Source: Phaeosaccion multiseriatum (taxonomy: Eukaryota > Protista > Ochrophyta, other classes). Taken from it: a stretch of 64,000 nucleotides of DNA. The stretch covers positions 5,332,001 through 5,396,000 of the forward strand of contig OZ218952.1 in NCBI GenBank assembly GCA_965112735.1. The letters run 5' to 3'. The translations under genes and the position numbers were made by a program. This document shows positions 10,812 to 22,961 of the stretch, piece after piece (position 1 is the stretch's first letter; every line of letters begins with the position of its first letter). Under the pieces are notes generated by a model that saw nothing but the letters and a program-made list of their open reading frames with translations, was not told where the DNA came from and searched no databases.

Positions 10812-13800
10812 ATGGGTGGCAGACGGAGAAGAAGACCCGAGAAGGCGGTGGTGGAGGAGGCTCCAATCGCGGCTGAGGATAGCAGCAGCAGCGAGGAGGG
10901 GGAGGAGGACAACAATGAAGGGAAAGTGATTGCGAAGGGAGGAGGGGAGGAAGAGGAGGGGGGAGGAGAGCAGAGGGACGATAGTGAGGACAAGAGTGGA
11001 GACGATGAAGAGGAGGAGGAGGAGGAGGAGGAGGAGGAGGAGGAGGAGGAGGAGGAGGAGGAGGAGGAGGAGGAGGCGGAACCGAAGAGGAAAGGTAAGA
11101 AGCGCGCAGCCGCAGGAGACGAAGAGGAAGCAGGCGACAAGAAGAAGAAGGCGAAGACGAAGAAAATGTCGGGCTCAGAAGGAGGAGAGAGCGGGCCTGT
11201 CCCTGGTACCAAGGGAAGCTTCTTCTCCACGGAGACCTTTGACTCTTTGCCCCTCTCATCCAACACGGCCGAGTCCCTCAAGGCCCTGGGCTTTGTCAAC
11301 ATGACGAAGATCCAGGCAGGCGCCATCCCATCGCTGCTCTCGGGAAAGGACCTCCTTGGGGCAGCCAAGACCGGGTCGGGAAAGACGCTGGCCTTCCTCG
11401 TCCCTGTGCTTGAGCTGCTGCACAAGGTTAAGTGGGGCAACCGAAACGGCACAGGCGCCATCCTCATCTCCCCCACGCGAGAGCTGGCGCTACAAACGTA
11501 CGGTGTGCTGCGGGATCTGTGCGAGGCGGGCAAGCACTCACAGACGCATGGCCTGCTCATCGGCGGGGCCAACAGGAGAACAGAGGCAGAGAAGCTGGCC
11601 AAGGGAGTCAACATCCTGGTAAGTGAGGCACCACAGTCCTACCGGTGGGGGGCGGGGGTGTGCGTGCATACCTCGTAGCTGCTGCTGTATCACCAACTGC
11701 TGCTGCGGCTGCTGCTGCTGCTGCTGCTGCTGCGGCTGCTGAGCGGGGCGGCGTATCCCTCGGATGGGTCACATCAAACGAATTGGGGACTGCCTCCTTG
11801 CTGTGAGCCCGGCTGTCTTGCCCTGGGCATGGAGATGGGGCAAGACAGAGACATAGACACTGCGGGTCTGAATAAAGAAGACAGAGTCATGCGTCCCCTC
11901 TACCGCGAGATGGTGCTGTACTCGTCGCGGTCTGTGTATCTGTCTGTCTGTCTGTCTGCTAGCTCACATTACATAACCTCTGTCGCTCACTCACTGACTC
12001 ACTCACTCACTCACTCTCTTACAGGTGGTGACACCCGGCCGCCTGCTCGACCACCTTCAAAACACAAAGGGCTTTCGCTTCAACAACCTGCAGATGCTGG
12101 TCATCGACGAGGCCGACCGCATCCTGGAGGCCGGGTTTGAAGAGGAGATGCACCAAATCGTCAAGATGCTCCCCAGCGAGCGCCAGACCATGCTCTTCAG
12201 CGCCACGCAGACACGCAAGGTGAGTGAGTAAGTCAGTGGGTCGGTCGAGTTTGAGTATGTCAATGGGTCAGTCGAGTTTGGGTCAGTCGAGTGTGCGATG
12301 CGTGCGGTGTGCGCGAAGGGAAGGCCGGCGGTGGGGGACACTTCCTTCCTTCCTTCCTTCCTTCCTTCCCGGCTCCTGGCCCTTGCTCAGTTGCTCGTGG
12401 GTGAGAGAGGGAGAGAGCAAGTAGTGCCGCTGCTCAGCCGCTCATGCGTGGTGTCGATGGGGCGCTGATGATAGATAGGCTTTCCCCTCTTCTGTTTTTG
12501 AGTTATCTGTCCCGTATGCTTGGGGTTCGCTTGGCAGGGCAGAGCAGGAGCGTGACGATGAGTATGGAGGAAGGGATCTGGGGTATTGAGCGGGACAAGA
12601 CTGGACCCAAATCTGCTCCCTTGACTGACTCTCTCTCTCTCTCTCTTCTCGCGCGTCTGCTTTCCTCCTTTCTCTCTTCCTCCTGTTCTGCCTCTTCGTC
12701 TTGCCTGCCAATTTGCCTGCCGGCTGTACTCGAACTCGCACTCGCACCCTCACTCACCGCCCGCCCGCCCCTAAGGTGGAGGATCTGGCGCGTCTGTCAA
12801 TCAAGCAGCGGCCTGTGTATGTGGGGGTCGACGACGAAGAGCAAAACAGCACCGTGGAGGGCCTGGAGCAAGGCTATGTGGTGTGCCCAAGTCAGAAGCG
12901 CTTCCTGCTGCTCTTTACATTCCTCAAGAAGAACCGCAACAAGAAGTGAGTGGAGGGAAGGAGTGAGTGAGGGAGTGAGTGAGTGGGTTGAGGGTGGGTG
13001 GGTAAAGTGGAGGGAGTAAGTGAGTGAGTGGAGTGGGTGTATCGCCCCGCCCCAACGACCTCTAACGGCCTCCCTCCCTCCCTCCCTCTCTTGACCCCCC
13101 CGTCGACCTACTTTTGACCCCACCTCTCCTTGTGACACACACTCACTCGCATACACACACGCTCACTCACACACATGCATTCACACGCTACAGGATCATG
13201 GTGTTCTTCAGCTCGTGCAACAGCGTCAAGTTCCACTCGGAACTGCTCAATTACATTGACATCCCCGTCATGGACATTCACGGCCGGCAGAAGCAGCAGA
13301 AGCGCACCACCTCCTTCTTCGAGTTCTGCAGGAGGGAGAGCGGCATCTTGTGCTGCACTGACGTGGCCGCGAGAGGGCTGGACATTCCCGATGTGGATTG
13401 GATTATTCAGTACGACCCGCCTGATCAGACCGCCGAGTACATTCATCGAGTGGGGCGGACGGCCCGAGGCTCCAGTGGGAGCGGTCGTGCGCTTCTCTTT
13501 TTGCTGCCAGAGGAGATTGGGTGAGTGCGTGTGTGTGTGTGTGTGTGTGTGTGTTCGTGTCTGTGTGTGTGCGTGCGTGCGTACATGTGTGTGCGTGCAT
13601 GTGTGTGCGTGCGTACATGTGTGTGCGTGCATGTGTGTGCGTGCGTGTGTGTGGATGTTGGTGTGTGTTCTGTGTCATAACCTCAACTACCACTTCTACA
13701 ACGTATCCTGACTTTACTCCACTGCTGCTGCTTCTGCATGCATTGCGTTGTGTCAGGTTTCTGCGCCACCTCCGCGCCGCCAAGGTCACTCTAAATGAGT

Positions 13801-14631
13801 ACGAGTTCCCGGACAAGAAGGTCGCCAACGTGCAGTCGCAGCTCAGCAGGCTCATTGAGAAGGTAAGGGGGGATGGCAGTGGACGGGTGCAAGCGCATCA
13901 GCGAGGCAGCGGCGCTTGCTTGGCTCGGGGGACAAGAGAGCAGAGCAGAGAGAGCGCGAGGGGAGGGGAGGGGTGGGGTAGGGTGGGGTAGGGTAGAGTA
14001 GGGCAGGGTAGGGTAGGGCCAGGCTGGAGTAGCTGGGCGGGCGATTGACTTTGCTGCTCAAGTGCTTCCTCCGTCGAGGCGGGCTTGGGAAGAAGCGGGG
14101 GAGCGGAGACTACTCCTGCCTGCGAACGCCTCTCTGCAACGGCAATGGAGATATGACTCTCTCGCCGTCCTGCTGACCTCTCAGTTCTGTGCTCTGTCGC
14201 TCCTCTCTGTCTCTCCACCTCTTTCTCTCCCTCTCTCCCCCTCCCTCCCTCCTCACCCCCCCCCCTCTCCCCCTCCCTCCCTCTCTCGCTATCTCCCTTC
14301 CCCTCTCTCTCTCTCTCTCTCTCCCGTCCCCCAGAACTACTACCTCAACAAGTCGGCACGGGACGCCTACCGCTCTTACCTCCTCGCCTACGCCAGCCAC
14401 GGCATGAAGGCCGTGTACAATGTGCACGAGTTGGATCTCCAGGCAGTCGCCACGGCCTTCGGTTTCACCGTCCCCCCCCGGGTGGACTTGAGCCTCTCCG
14501 CCAAGGGGGGGGGCAAACAGGGGCGAGGCAAGGTGTCCGAGAAGGGAAAGAAGGGCACGGGTCATGCCTTCAGCGCCAGCAACCCGTACGGGAAGAAGGC
14601 CAGCGGTGACAAGCGACAATTCAATCGGTAG
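10812..14631 (+). CDS. HAS1: ATP-dependent DEAD-box RNA helicase HAS1/DDX18 (6 exons)
   Basis: Motifs [42 protein letters not shown] and the HAS1 C-terminal '[22 protein letters not shown]'. Exons about 10812-11618, 12025-12219, 12776-12945, 13194-13520, 13757-13862 and 14335-14631. Confidence 0.96.
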
Positions 14632-15291
14632 TGCTTAGGTCAAGGCTAAGTGGATGCTGGGGCTCCCTTGGTGTTTGTGGGTGTGGTTGGGTTGAGGTGG
14701 GAGTGTGAGCGCGAGTGTGAGTGCATCCATCGACAGCAGGGAGGTGCAGAGCGAAGATTCGGCTGCGAGGAGGCGGGACAGGGCGCATAGGAACGGGGCG
14801 ATGGACAGTCAGTAGGCAAGGGGGAGGACGGGATGGAGGGAACGAAACTGTTTTCCTCTCGACCGCTCTGCTCTGGCTAAGCCCAAGCGGCTTGTTGCCA
14901 GATATGGCCCTCCCTCCTTGGGCAACAGTCGGACTGGGGCTCGCCTCGAAGTGGGGCTCTTGGCACGGACTCGTGATAACACATTTTTTATATTTCAGTT
15001 TCAGTGTCATGACCATCGTCATTGTGGTCCCAACTTGGACCTTGGGGCTCTATCCACTTAACTATCCATACCAGGCCGACCGCATGCCCCTTGAAAGCGG
15101 GCGCCGCTTAGGGGGAAGCTGAGAGCTTACCAAAGAGAGGAGGAGGTTCTAAATGGGGGGGGGGCTATCTGAAACTCAAACTGCATCTGTAACGTTTCGA
15201 GAATCTGTATTTTTTTTCTTTTTTCCCATCAAAGACCTTCGGTTCGCTTGCTTGACCTCAGTCAAGTAGCAATGTAAGGACCAATACCAAG

Positions 15292-17699
15292 ATGAGGCGT
15301 GGGTTCGGGTTCGGGGTGAGGCTGGTACTGGGGTTGCTTCTTGTGTTTCGTGCCTTCCAGAGTCTGGTGATCGACCAGAGGACCAACGGCGGAGGTCGCA
15401 CGGGCAGCACCACCAGCAGTGTGCGTCTTTCCCCCCAGCACCGATGGGGGCCTTCAACAGAGAAGGACGCCGTGGCATACTCAGCAGAGGCAGAAGGGGC
15501 TGACGCTGAGAGGAGGATGGCTCGGCAAACAGAAGGGATTGCCGCAGCAGGAAAAAAGAGGGTGGCAGAAGCGGCGACGACGCGGCGTGAGGCTGACTTG
15601 ATGCTGGAGGCTAAAGACTACGAAGGTCTGCTCAAGTCGCCGTATATCGAGGGGCTTTGTGCTAAGAACAAGTGGGAGCTGAAGGCGTCGGCGGAAGAGG
15701 CGAGGAAGACTGGGATTATCGAGGCCATCCTCTTCGACAAGGAGTACGATTTGCTGGAGATGCGTCTCAGGGAGGGACAGGGCATCGTCACAGCGGTGGT
15801 TGTGGTGGAGTCCAACATCACAACGAACGGAAATGACCGTCCAATGAGCCGTTTGTTGCACGCTGCACACCTCACCACCCGCTTCACTCGCTACGACACC
15901 AACATCGAGCATGTGAAGGTAAGTCCTACGATACTTCTTCGGCCTTGGAATCCTCTTCGGACTTGTGGAGACGTGTACCCGTGTCACATTATTCTCTTGC
16001 AGAAGAAGTACTTGCGCATGTGGTCCGGCCTCCTCACTTCACTACTCGAAAGACTTTTCTCTCCCGCTGCTCTTGTGCTGACTGCTGCTGATGCATCCAT
16101 GCCTCCCCCCCCCCCTCTCTCCTCAGGTACTTTGGGGGGCCGAGGAGGAAGCCGCCGCTCATCTCGGTACGGCGAGAGACGAGCTCCTACACAAGGGATT
16201 TCGGAGCCCTCCCCTTATACGAGAGACGTACCTGCGCGATCGATGGGTGCCTGCGGCGGTCAAGGCGGGCCTCCAGCCAACGGATGTGCTCATTGTTGGA
16301 GACGTGGATGAGATGCTCGACAGAGACACACTCTACGCGTTTAAATTCTGTAGCAACCCCGCCATGCAGCAGTGCGACCCCAAACTCAACGACTTGGGAG
16401 GCCCAAAAGTGCTCTGCAGGGGCCGCTTTTGGGAGTCGCACTTCGACTGCCCTGTGCAGCAGAAACACCACCACCCCGATGCCATCTCGGCGCGCTGTGT
16501 GTTTGAGTTGCCTGACATGTGGACCGGGTCGCGCATCCGTCACTTGGCAGGGGGAAGGATGACAGCAGAGGTGTCCGGGTGGCACCTGCGGAATTTCTTG
16601 ACGGTTTCAGAAGTGGCGTGGAAGTACAAGACGTACGGGCACCCGCACCACAAATCGTTACCGAGCCTCGAGGCGAGCATTCAGAAGGAGCGAGAGGCGC
16701 TGTGTCCAAAGAGGGGGGGGCAGCAGCATGGCAGCCGGCGGAGCGGGGAGGAGGAGGGGGAGACTGAGGAGACTGAGGGGGGGGATGGCAGTGGATGGGT
16801 CTTCCCCGAGTTTGAGCGTCTGCCCCGCCTCGTACAGGAGGACCCGCGGCGCTTCTCCAACTTCTTTTGGAGGGATTACAGTTTCAGTCAAGCAGAGGCG
16901 GATGAAGAGGAGGAGGAAGAGGAAGAGGAAGAGGAGGAGGAGGTGGAGGGGGAGGAGGAAGAGGAAGGGGAAGGGGAAGGGGAGGAGGAGGAGGAGGAGG
17001 AGGAGGAGGAGGAGGAGGAGGAGGAGGAGGAGGAGGAGGAGGAGGAGGAGGAGGAGGAGGAGGAGGAGGAGGAGGAGGAGGAGGAGGAAGAGGAAGGAGG
17101 AGGAGGAGGAGGAGGAGGAGGAGGAGGAGGAGGAGGAGGAGGAGGAGGAGGAGGAGGAGGAGGAGGAGGAGGAGGAGGAGGAGGAGGAGGAGGAGGAGGA
17201 GGAGGAGGAGGAGGAGGAGGAGGAGGAGCAGGAGGAGGAGGAGGAGGAGGAGGAGGAGGAGGAGGAGGAGGAGGAGGAGGAGGAGGAGGAGGAGGAGGAG
17301 GAGGAGGAGGAGGAGGAGGAGGAGGAGGAGGAGGAGGAGGAGGAGGAGGAGGAGGAGGAGGAGGAGGAGGAGGAGGAGGAGAAAAAGGAGGAGGAGGAGA
17401 AGGAGGAGGCGGAGAAGGAGAAGGAGGAGGAGGAGGAGGAGGAGCAGGAGGAGGAGAAAAAGGAGGAGGAGGAGGAGGAGGAGGAGGAGGAGGAGGAGGA
17501 GGAGGAGAAAAAGGAGGAGGAGCAGGAGGAGGATGAGGAGGAGGAGGATGAGGAGGAGGAGCAGGAGGAGGAGGAGCAGGAGGAGGAGGATGAGGAGGAG
17601 CAGCAGCAGCAGCAGCAGGAGGAGGAGGAGGAGGAAAAGGAGGAGAACGAAGAGGATGGGCACACGGCAGACACGGGACCGGTCTTGATGAGTCAATAG
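15292..17699 (+). CDS. GT17 family glycosyltransferase (MGAT3/GnT-III-like), type II membrane protein with an acidic low-complexity tail
   Basis: N-terminal TM segment and GT17 motifs 'ILFDKEYDLLEMRLRE..VVVVESNIT', 'RETYLRD', 'LIVGDVDE' and 'GWHLRNF'. Exon 1 is 15292-15918 and exon 2 starts at 16127. The 3' end is ambiguous: stop at 17536 as assembled, or at 17699 if a 1-nt slip near 17095 is corrected. Confidence 0.82.
16905..17640 (+). repeat. About 730-bp (GAG)n trinucleotide expansion inside a CDS
   Basis: Directly visible, near-pure GAG/GGA run. Confidence 0.95.
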
Positions 17700-18599
17700 C
17701 CCCCCTCACATACTCTATAGAGGGATATTGTGCTCCATCTTCAGTCTCGTTCGAAACTCGAAGCCTTCTCCTCCTCTTGTTGGGGCCATCCATGCGGAGG
17801 GGAAGATTGTCTCTCCTCTCTTCGTCTTGGTGTCAGAAGTGGTGCAGCGCTTCAATGGTAGCGCGTTTGTAAGAGTAAACTTAATGGAGGGAGCAGACAG
17901 GCATCCTTAACCCTTTCACCCTTGCTTCACACCTCCAACATCTTCACGAGGCTCCTTTCGCAGTTTTATGTACGGAGCCTCGCAACTCTTCCATAGGACC
18001 TTAGGATCCCATAGGACTCTACCATAGGACCATAGACCTCTCTAAGGACCATGGGACCATCCAAGTGCTCCTCGATGAACACAGTCGGCGCGGGGCCAAA
18101 TCTGCTGTGAGGGAAGACGAAAGAAGAGTGTGACGCCTCAAGCACCACCACGGAACTTTTCACACTCACTGTCTTCCGCCTCCACGCGTCTTGCATGATT
18201 GCCCCAAGAGGAATGTGCATCAAAGAGAGAGCTAGCAGAGCCGAGAGCAGGCAAAAAACAAATCAATTAACTACCTAATTTATCGTTCCGGCGCTGTTCT
18301 CAGTCGGGGCCCCACCCCCTACAGAGAGCGACAAGAGAGCGCTCCAAACTCTGTTATGCTCTCTCCGCCGGGCCGTATCCCGCACACATGCAGCTCGGTG
18401 AACCAACTGGTGAACCAAGCCCCGCTATGTACCTCTAACAGTGGGCCCTTACGCTTATGCCTTACCCTCGCTGCTGCCATGTCGTCAAGCGTGCCCCTCC
18501 TCCCCCCCCCCCCGCCGTATCTCGTACTTTGTCGTCGACAAGGTGTGCATGCGGGAGCCGCCGCTGCTATTGCTGCTGCTGCCGCTTCTGTATCACCAA

Positions 18600-18639
<40 letters not shown>

Positions 18640-18955
18640 CGCAGCGGTCGATCCACTCCACCCAAACTGGGCCTTGAGCCACGCCTTTGCTCGCTCACTC
18701 CCTCGCCTCAGGCGTCCAACGGTTCTGCCCTTTCAACAACCACAACCAAGATACCCATCTACGATCACTTAACTTCCACCTGCGGCTCCACCATCCTGCC
18801 GATCCGCCCCTCTTTACCGCCTTCCATCGTTCCTGTGTTCCACCCTCTCCCTCCTCTCCTCTACCCCTCCTCCTTCCCTCTCCACCCTCTCCTCACATCT
18901 CCTCCTTCCCTCTCCTCCTTCCGTCTCCACTCCCTATCTCCTCCTCCCTGTCGCC

Positions 18956-21875
18956 CTAGGAGGCTGTTTTGGCTCCTCCTTCCCTCTTGCTTCGCACCAC
19001 CGCTGCCTTCCTCTCCAGTACCTCCCACTTGCGTGCGGCCTCATCTGCCTTGGCCTTCCTCGCCTCCTCCATCTTGATGTATTCAGAGAGCACGCGGTCG
19101 TACCTGAGAATGGGGCATATGGGGCGAGGGGGTTTGAGGATGGGGGCGGGCTTATTAAGTATAGTTGGCACACACCAAACAAAAGGAGGAAAAAGAGGGG
19201 GGGGGAGGAAGAGAGAGGGAGAGAGAGAGGGGAGAGAGAGATTCACGGCCCACAAGCACGGCTGTATTGAAGATGGATGTGCAACGCTTGCCAGGGATTA
19301 GGCAGGACGTCAACTACGGAAAACAACAAACTGCCAACTATCCCCCCCAACCACCCAACTGAATGATCAACGCACCAAGCAAGCAACTAACCATCCAAGT
19401 GTATCACCAACACGCCAACCAACCAAACTCACATGTGAACGTCAAACTCCATGTACATCTTGAGCACATTCTGCGCCAACCCCTCCACCGTCCCGTTCCA
19501 GTGCCCTAGTGAGTGCTTGTAGAGAGGTCCGTAGATGACGGGGAGGATGTTGTGTGTGTGCGTCCTATTGAAGCAGCCCTTGTTGAGTAAGTGGTCGTTG
19601 TTCCACAGGAAGAGCGTCCGTTCGGCCACTTGGAAGTGGTGCGAGGAGAGGCAGGAGGCGAGGAGGCGGAAGAGGTTGTCCTGAAGGGTGACGAGTTGCT
19701 CGTCCATCAGCAGCTCCAGAATGTCCTCGAGCTCGTTCAGGAAGAGCACCTAGAGCAGTTGGTGATACAGAGGCGGTAAGGGTGTGTGATTCAGCAGCAG
19801 TTGGTGATACGGTAGGAAGTAGCAGATGGGCAATGAGTCAGTAAGCGACACGCGCATGGAAAAGAATATGGAAAGAAGAGGGGGAGGGGGGGAGGGAGGG
19901 AGGGAGGGAGAGAGTCGATAGACAGGAAGGACGATAACACGAAGGCGAGAGAGAGATAGGTGGAGAGACACCAAGAAAAGACGGGGGATGGGAAGAAGGG
20001 TGGATACGTGGGAAGGTAGACAGACAGACAGATGGGAAGGAGACAGATAGACAGATAGATACATGGGCAGATGGTCGGATGGGAAGGTAGAGAGATGGAC
20101 GGATAGATAGAGAGATAGAAAGATAGATAGATAGACAGACAGATAGATGGGAAGGCAGACACATAGACATATGGATAGATCAGACGGAGCAGACAGATAG
20201 ACGGGTAGATTGAAAGATGTCCCGTCTCACCTGCTTGCTGCTGCAGCTCCACGGCCAATACTTGATGAGACCATTGAGCACGGGCACCACGGTCACCGGG
20301 TCCTTCTCCACGTACTGCACGATGCAGTAGGAGAGCTGTTGGTGATACATGGGCACACACTTGGGCTTATGTAAGGGGATCAGCGCCCGTGAGAGGAAGT
20401 TGAGGTGCTCCTTCTTTAGAGGGATGGCGAAGCCTGCGTGGTTCGGAAGGGGGGGGGGGGGGTGGGGGGGGGGTTGGATTAGCAAAGGAGGGGGGTGGGC
20501 TGTAAGGGCAACAAATGTCGGAGGAGGAGGCAGGGAGGTGATAAGATGATGGAGGACAAGAGAGAGAAGAGAGACAACAACAATGCCCATCTTGGAGAGA
20601 CCAAAGCAAGGCCCATCTTAAAAGAGACCCAACAATGCAGCCGCCTGTCCGCCGCCTTCGCCCTCCCACCCCATCCCCTGCCATCCCCCCTCCCCATCCA
20701 CTGCCATCCTCCCTGGCGCACCGTTGATGATGCTGCCCAAGATCTCCAGCAGCTCCCCCACCCCGTTGTGATGCTCCGTTTCGTACACGAAGCGATAGAA
20801 CACATTGCCGATGGTCTTGCGGATGAAGGACCGGTGGTTCATGAACTTGCCTGGATGGATGGCACCGGATGGCATTGCAGTGGGTGGGGGCGTGGGATGA
20901 GGTTCAGTGTGTTGTGCGTGTGTGTGTGTGTGTGGAGCGGACGGATTGCGCATTCACGGCAGAGCAGAGGAGAGCAGGGTGCAGCAGGGTGCAGCAGCGT
21001 GGGGCATGCGGAACGGGAGAGGGGAAAGGTCATGCTCCTCCTCCTCCTCCTCCTCCTCCTCCTCTTCAGCGAGAGCCACATGCCCAACCCAACCATAAAA
21101 GGCAGATCCTCCACCCCTAATGCCCAATTTCAATTTCTGCTCATGATCCGCTCCCTCACTCACCTCACCCACTCACCCACCTCACCCATCCACTCAATCC
21201 ATTCCCCGACTCACCAACCCCACTCACACCCACCCACCCCCCACTTGCTTGACTCACTCACTCACTCACTCACTCACTCACTCACTCACCGTAGATGCGA
21301 TGCAGGATGGTTTTGAGGTAGTCCCTCTCCCTGGGGTCCTCGCTATCGAACAGCTCAATGAGCTGGAAGCAGAAGAACTGATTGATGTACTTCTTGGCCA
21401 CCTTGGCATTCACCTCTGTGCTCACCACAAAGCGTAGGAAGAACTCATACACCAGCTGCAAGTGCGGCCACGATAGCTCCAGCACAGGCTCGTCCTCGTC
21501 GGGGTCAAAGTCGTCGGTTTGGGGCGGGAGGGCACGACACACATTGGCAGAGACCATAGACATGACGTCTGGGTACATGGCTTCCGAGAACATCTTCTCT
21601 CCGGCCTGCGTATTGACAAAGTCCAACAGCTCCATGAGCGTCTGTCGCTTGATGGTCTTGCCCCGCGCGTCGGAGGCGGGGTCGTCAAAGGAGAAGATGA
21701 CGCTGCAGAGCTGCAGCTTTTGCTGGAAGAGCGCCTCCCTCTTTTGCGGCCCTGCGTCCTTGAGCATTGGGAGCTCCTTGACGAGGTTGGCGTTGCTCGG
21801 GGTGAGCGCGTTGCTGTTGGGGTTGGCCGCGCCGCCGCCCGCGCCCCCCCCTGCCCCCCCTGCATTGCTTTGCAT
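18956..21875 (-). CDS. PPP2R5: Protein phosphatase 2A regulatory subunit B' (B56 family), multi-exon
   Basis: B56 signatures '[14 protein letters not shown]', '[23 protein letters not shown]', '[17 protein letters not shown]', 'FAIPLKKEH', '[10 protein letters not shown]' and '[14 protein letters not shown]'. Confidence 0.96.
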
Positions 21876-22961
21876 CCCGACGCCGCCTAACCCCACTCGC
21901 TATCCACAGAGAAACGCCCGCCCTCCTATCGCTTGCGATGTGCCGCTGCTACTCTGCTGCCTGCTGGTGCTGAGTCAAGAGTTTAGTGTACCCTCCTCGA
22001 CGCCGGAGGAGGCTCCCAGCGCATCGGCCACTCTCGTGCAAGAGCGCAGTTTCTATGATAGTACCACTGTGGGAGAGAAGGGGGTGGCGGGCGGGAGGGG
22101 GGCAGCGAGACAGTGAGACAGCAACGGCCAAGAAACGAAACCGGAAATCACCGGAGAGAGTGGAGAACCACGCGGAGAGCACTCGCGGGGAGGGAAAGGC
22201 AGCAATGCCACGGAGTGCTTCGGTGGGCGACTCCCGGAACAGGTGGGTGGGTGGAAAGATGGAAGGGAGGTAGAGCACGAGATCCATCAAAACACAGAAG
22301 GGGGAAGGGATAGTAGGACGGATGGGGGCGGGGGGAAAGGGCGGACGCGCGAGAAAGTACGCAAAGAGCGCCATCTCTCTGGGCCAAGACTCTAAACGCT
22401 AGATTCGCTGAGGGAACTCGTCCCTCCCCTTCTCTTTCCTTCTCGCTGGTCGCCCAGCCTTCGCGGGCAAACAGAAACCAAGCGCTTCAAAGGGCAAAGA
22501 CAAGCAGCAGCGGCAGCAAGATCACAGCAGGAGCGTGGAACCTCTGCACTTACCCTCCAAGGAGCTGCCCTGCCAAGCTCGAAGCCCGGCTCCCCCCCCC
22601 TGAAAGCTGAGTACGTCTCGGCAGGCCCAAGGTCTTGGGGGGCCCTTCCCCACCGCTCCCTCCCTTTCCTTTCGTACGCGGCGAAGAGAGAAAAAGCCTT
22701 GCACACAAGATAGACGGGTACACTCTCTGCTTCTACCGTACTCTGTCTATACTAGAGGGCCCTCGACAATGCGAGAGGGACAAAACACTCTGATGCGTGC
22801 ACCGCTCGCGTGGGTACAGATGGGTGGAGGCGTACGGGCTGAAACCAGCTTTTTTACATGTACCCAAATCTGACTCTATAGAAGGGGAATCAGACGAATC
22901 AAAAAGGCAGCGAGACGACTCTGGCTTGAGCGGAGCTACTGAAATCGAAGAGAGTCGTAGG

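Noticed and set aside
16658-17793. Long poly-Ser, poly-Leu and poly-Pro antisense ORFs (also around 39218-40267 and similar tracts)
   Set aside because: These are stop-free shadows of (GAG)n microsatellites on the coding strand.
20335-20350. Apparent copy of the TGTATCACCAAC motif in the PP2A-B' exon
   Set aside because: It encodes the conserved B56 YHxQL segment, so it is probably coincidental and was not counted.
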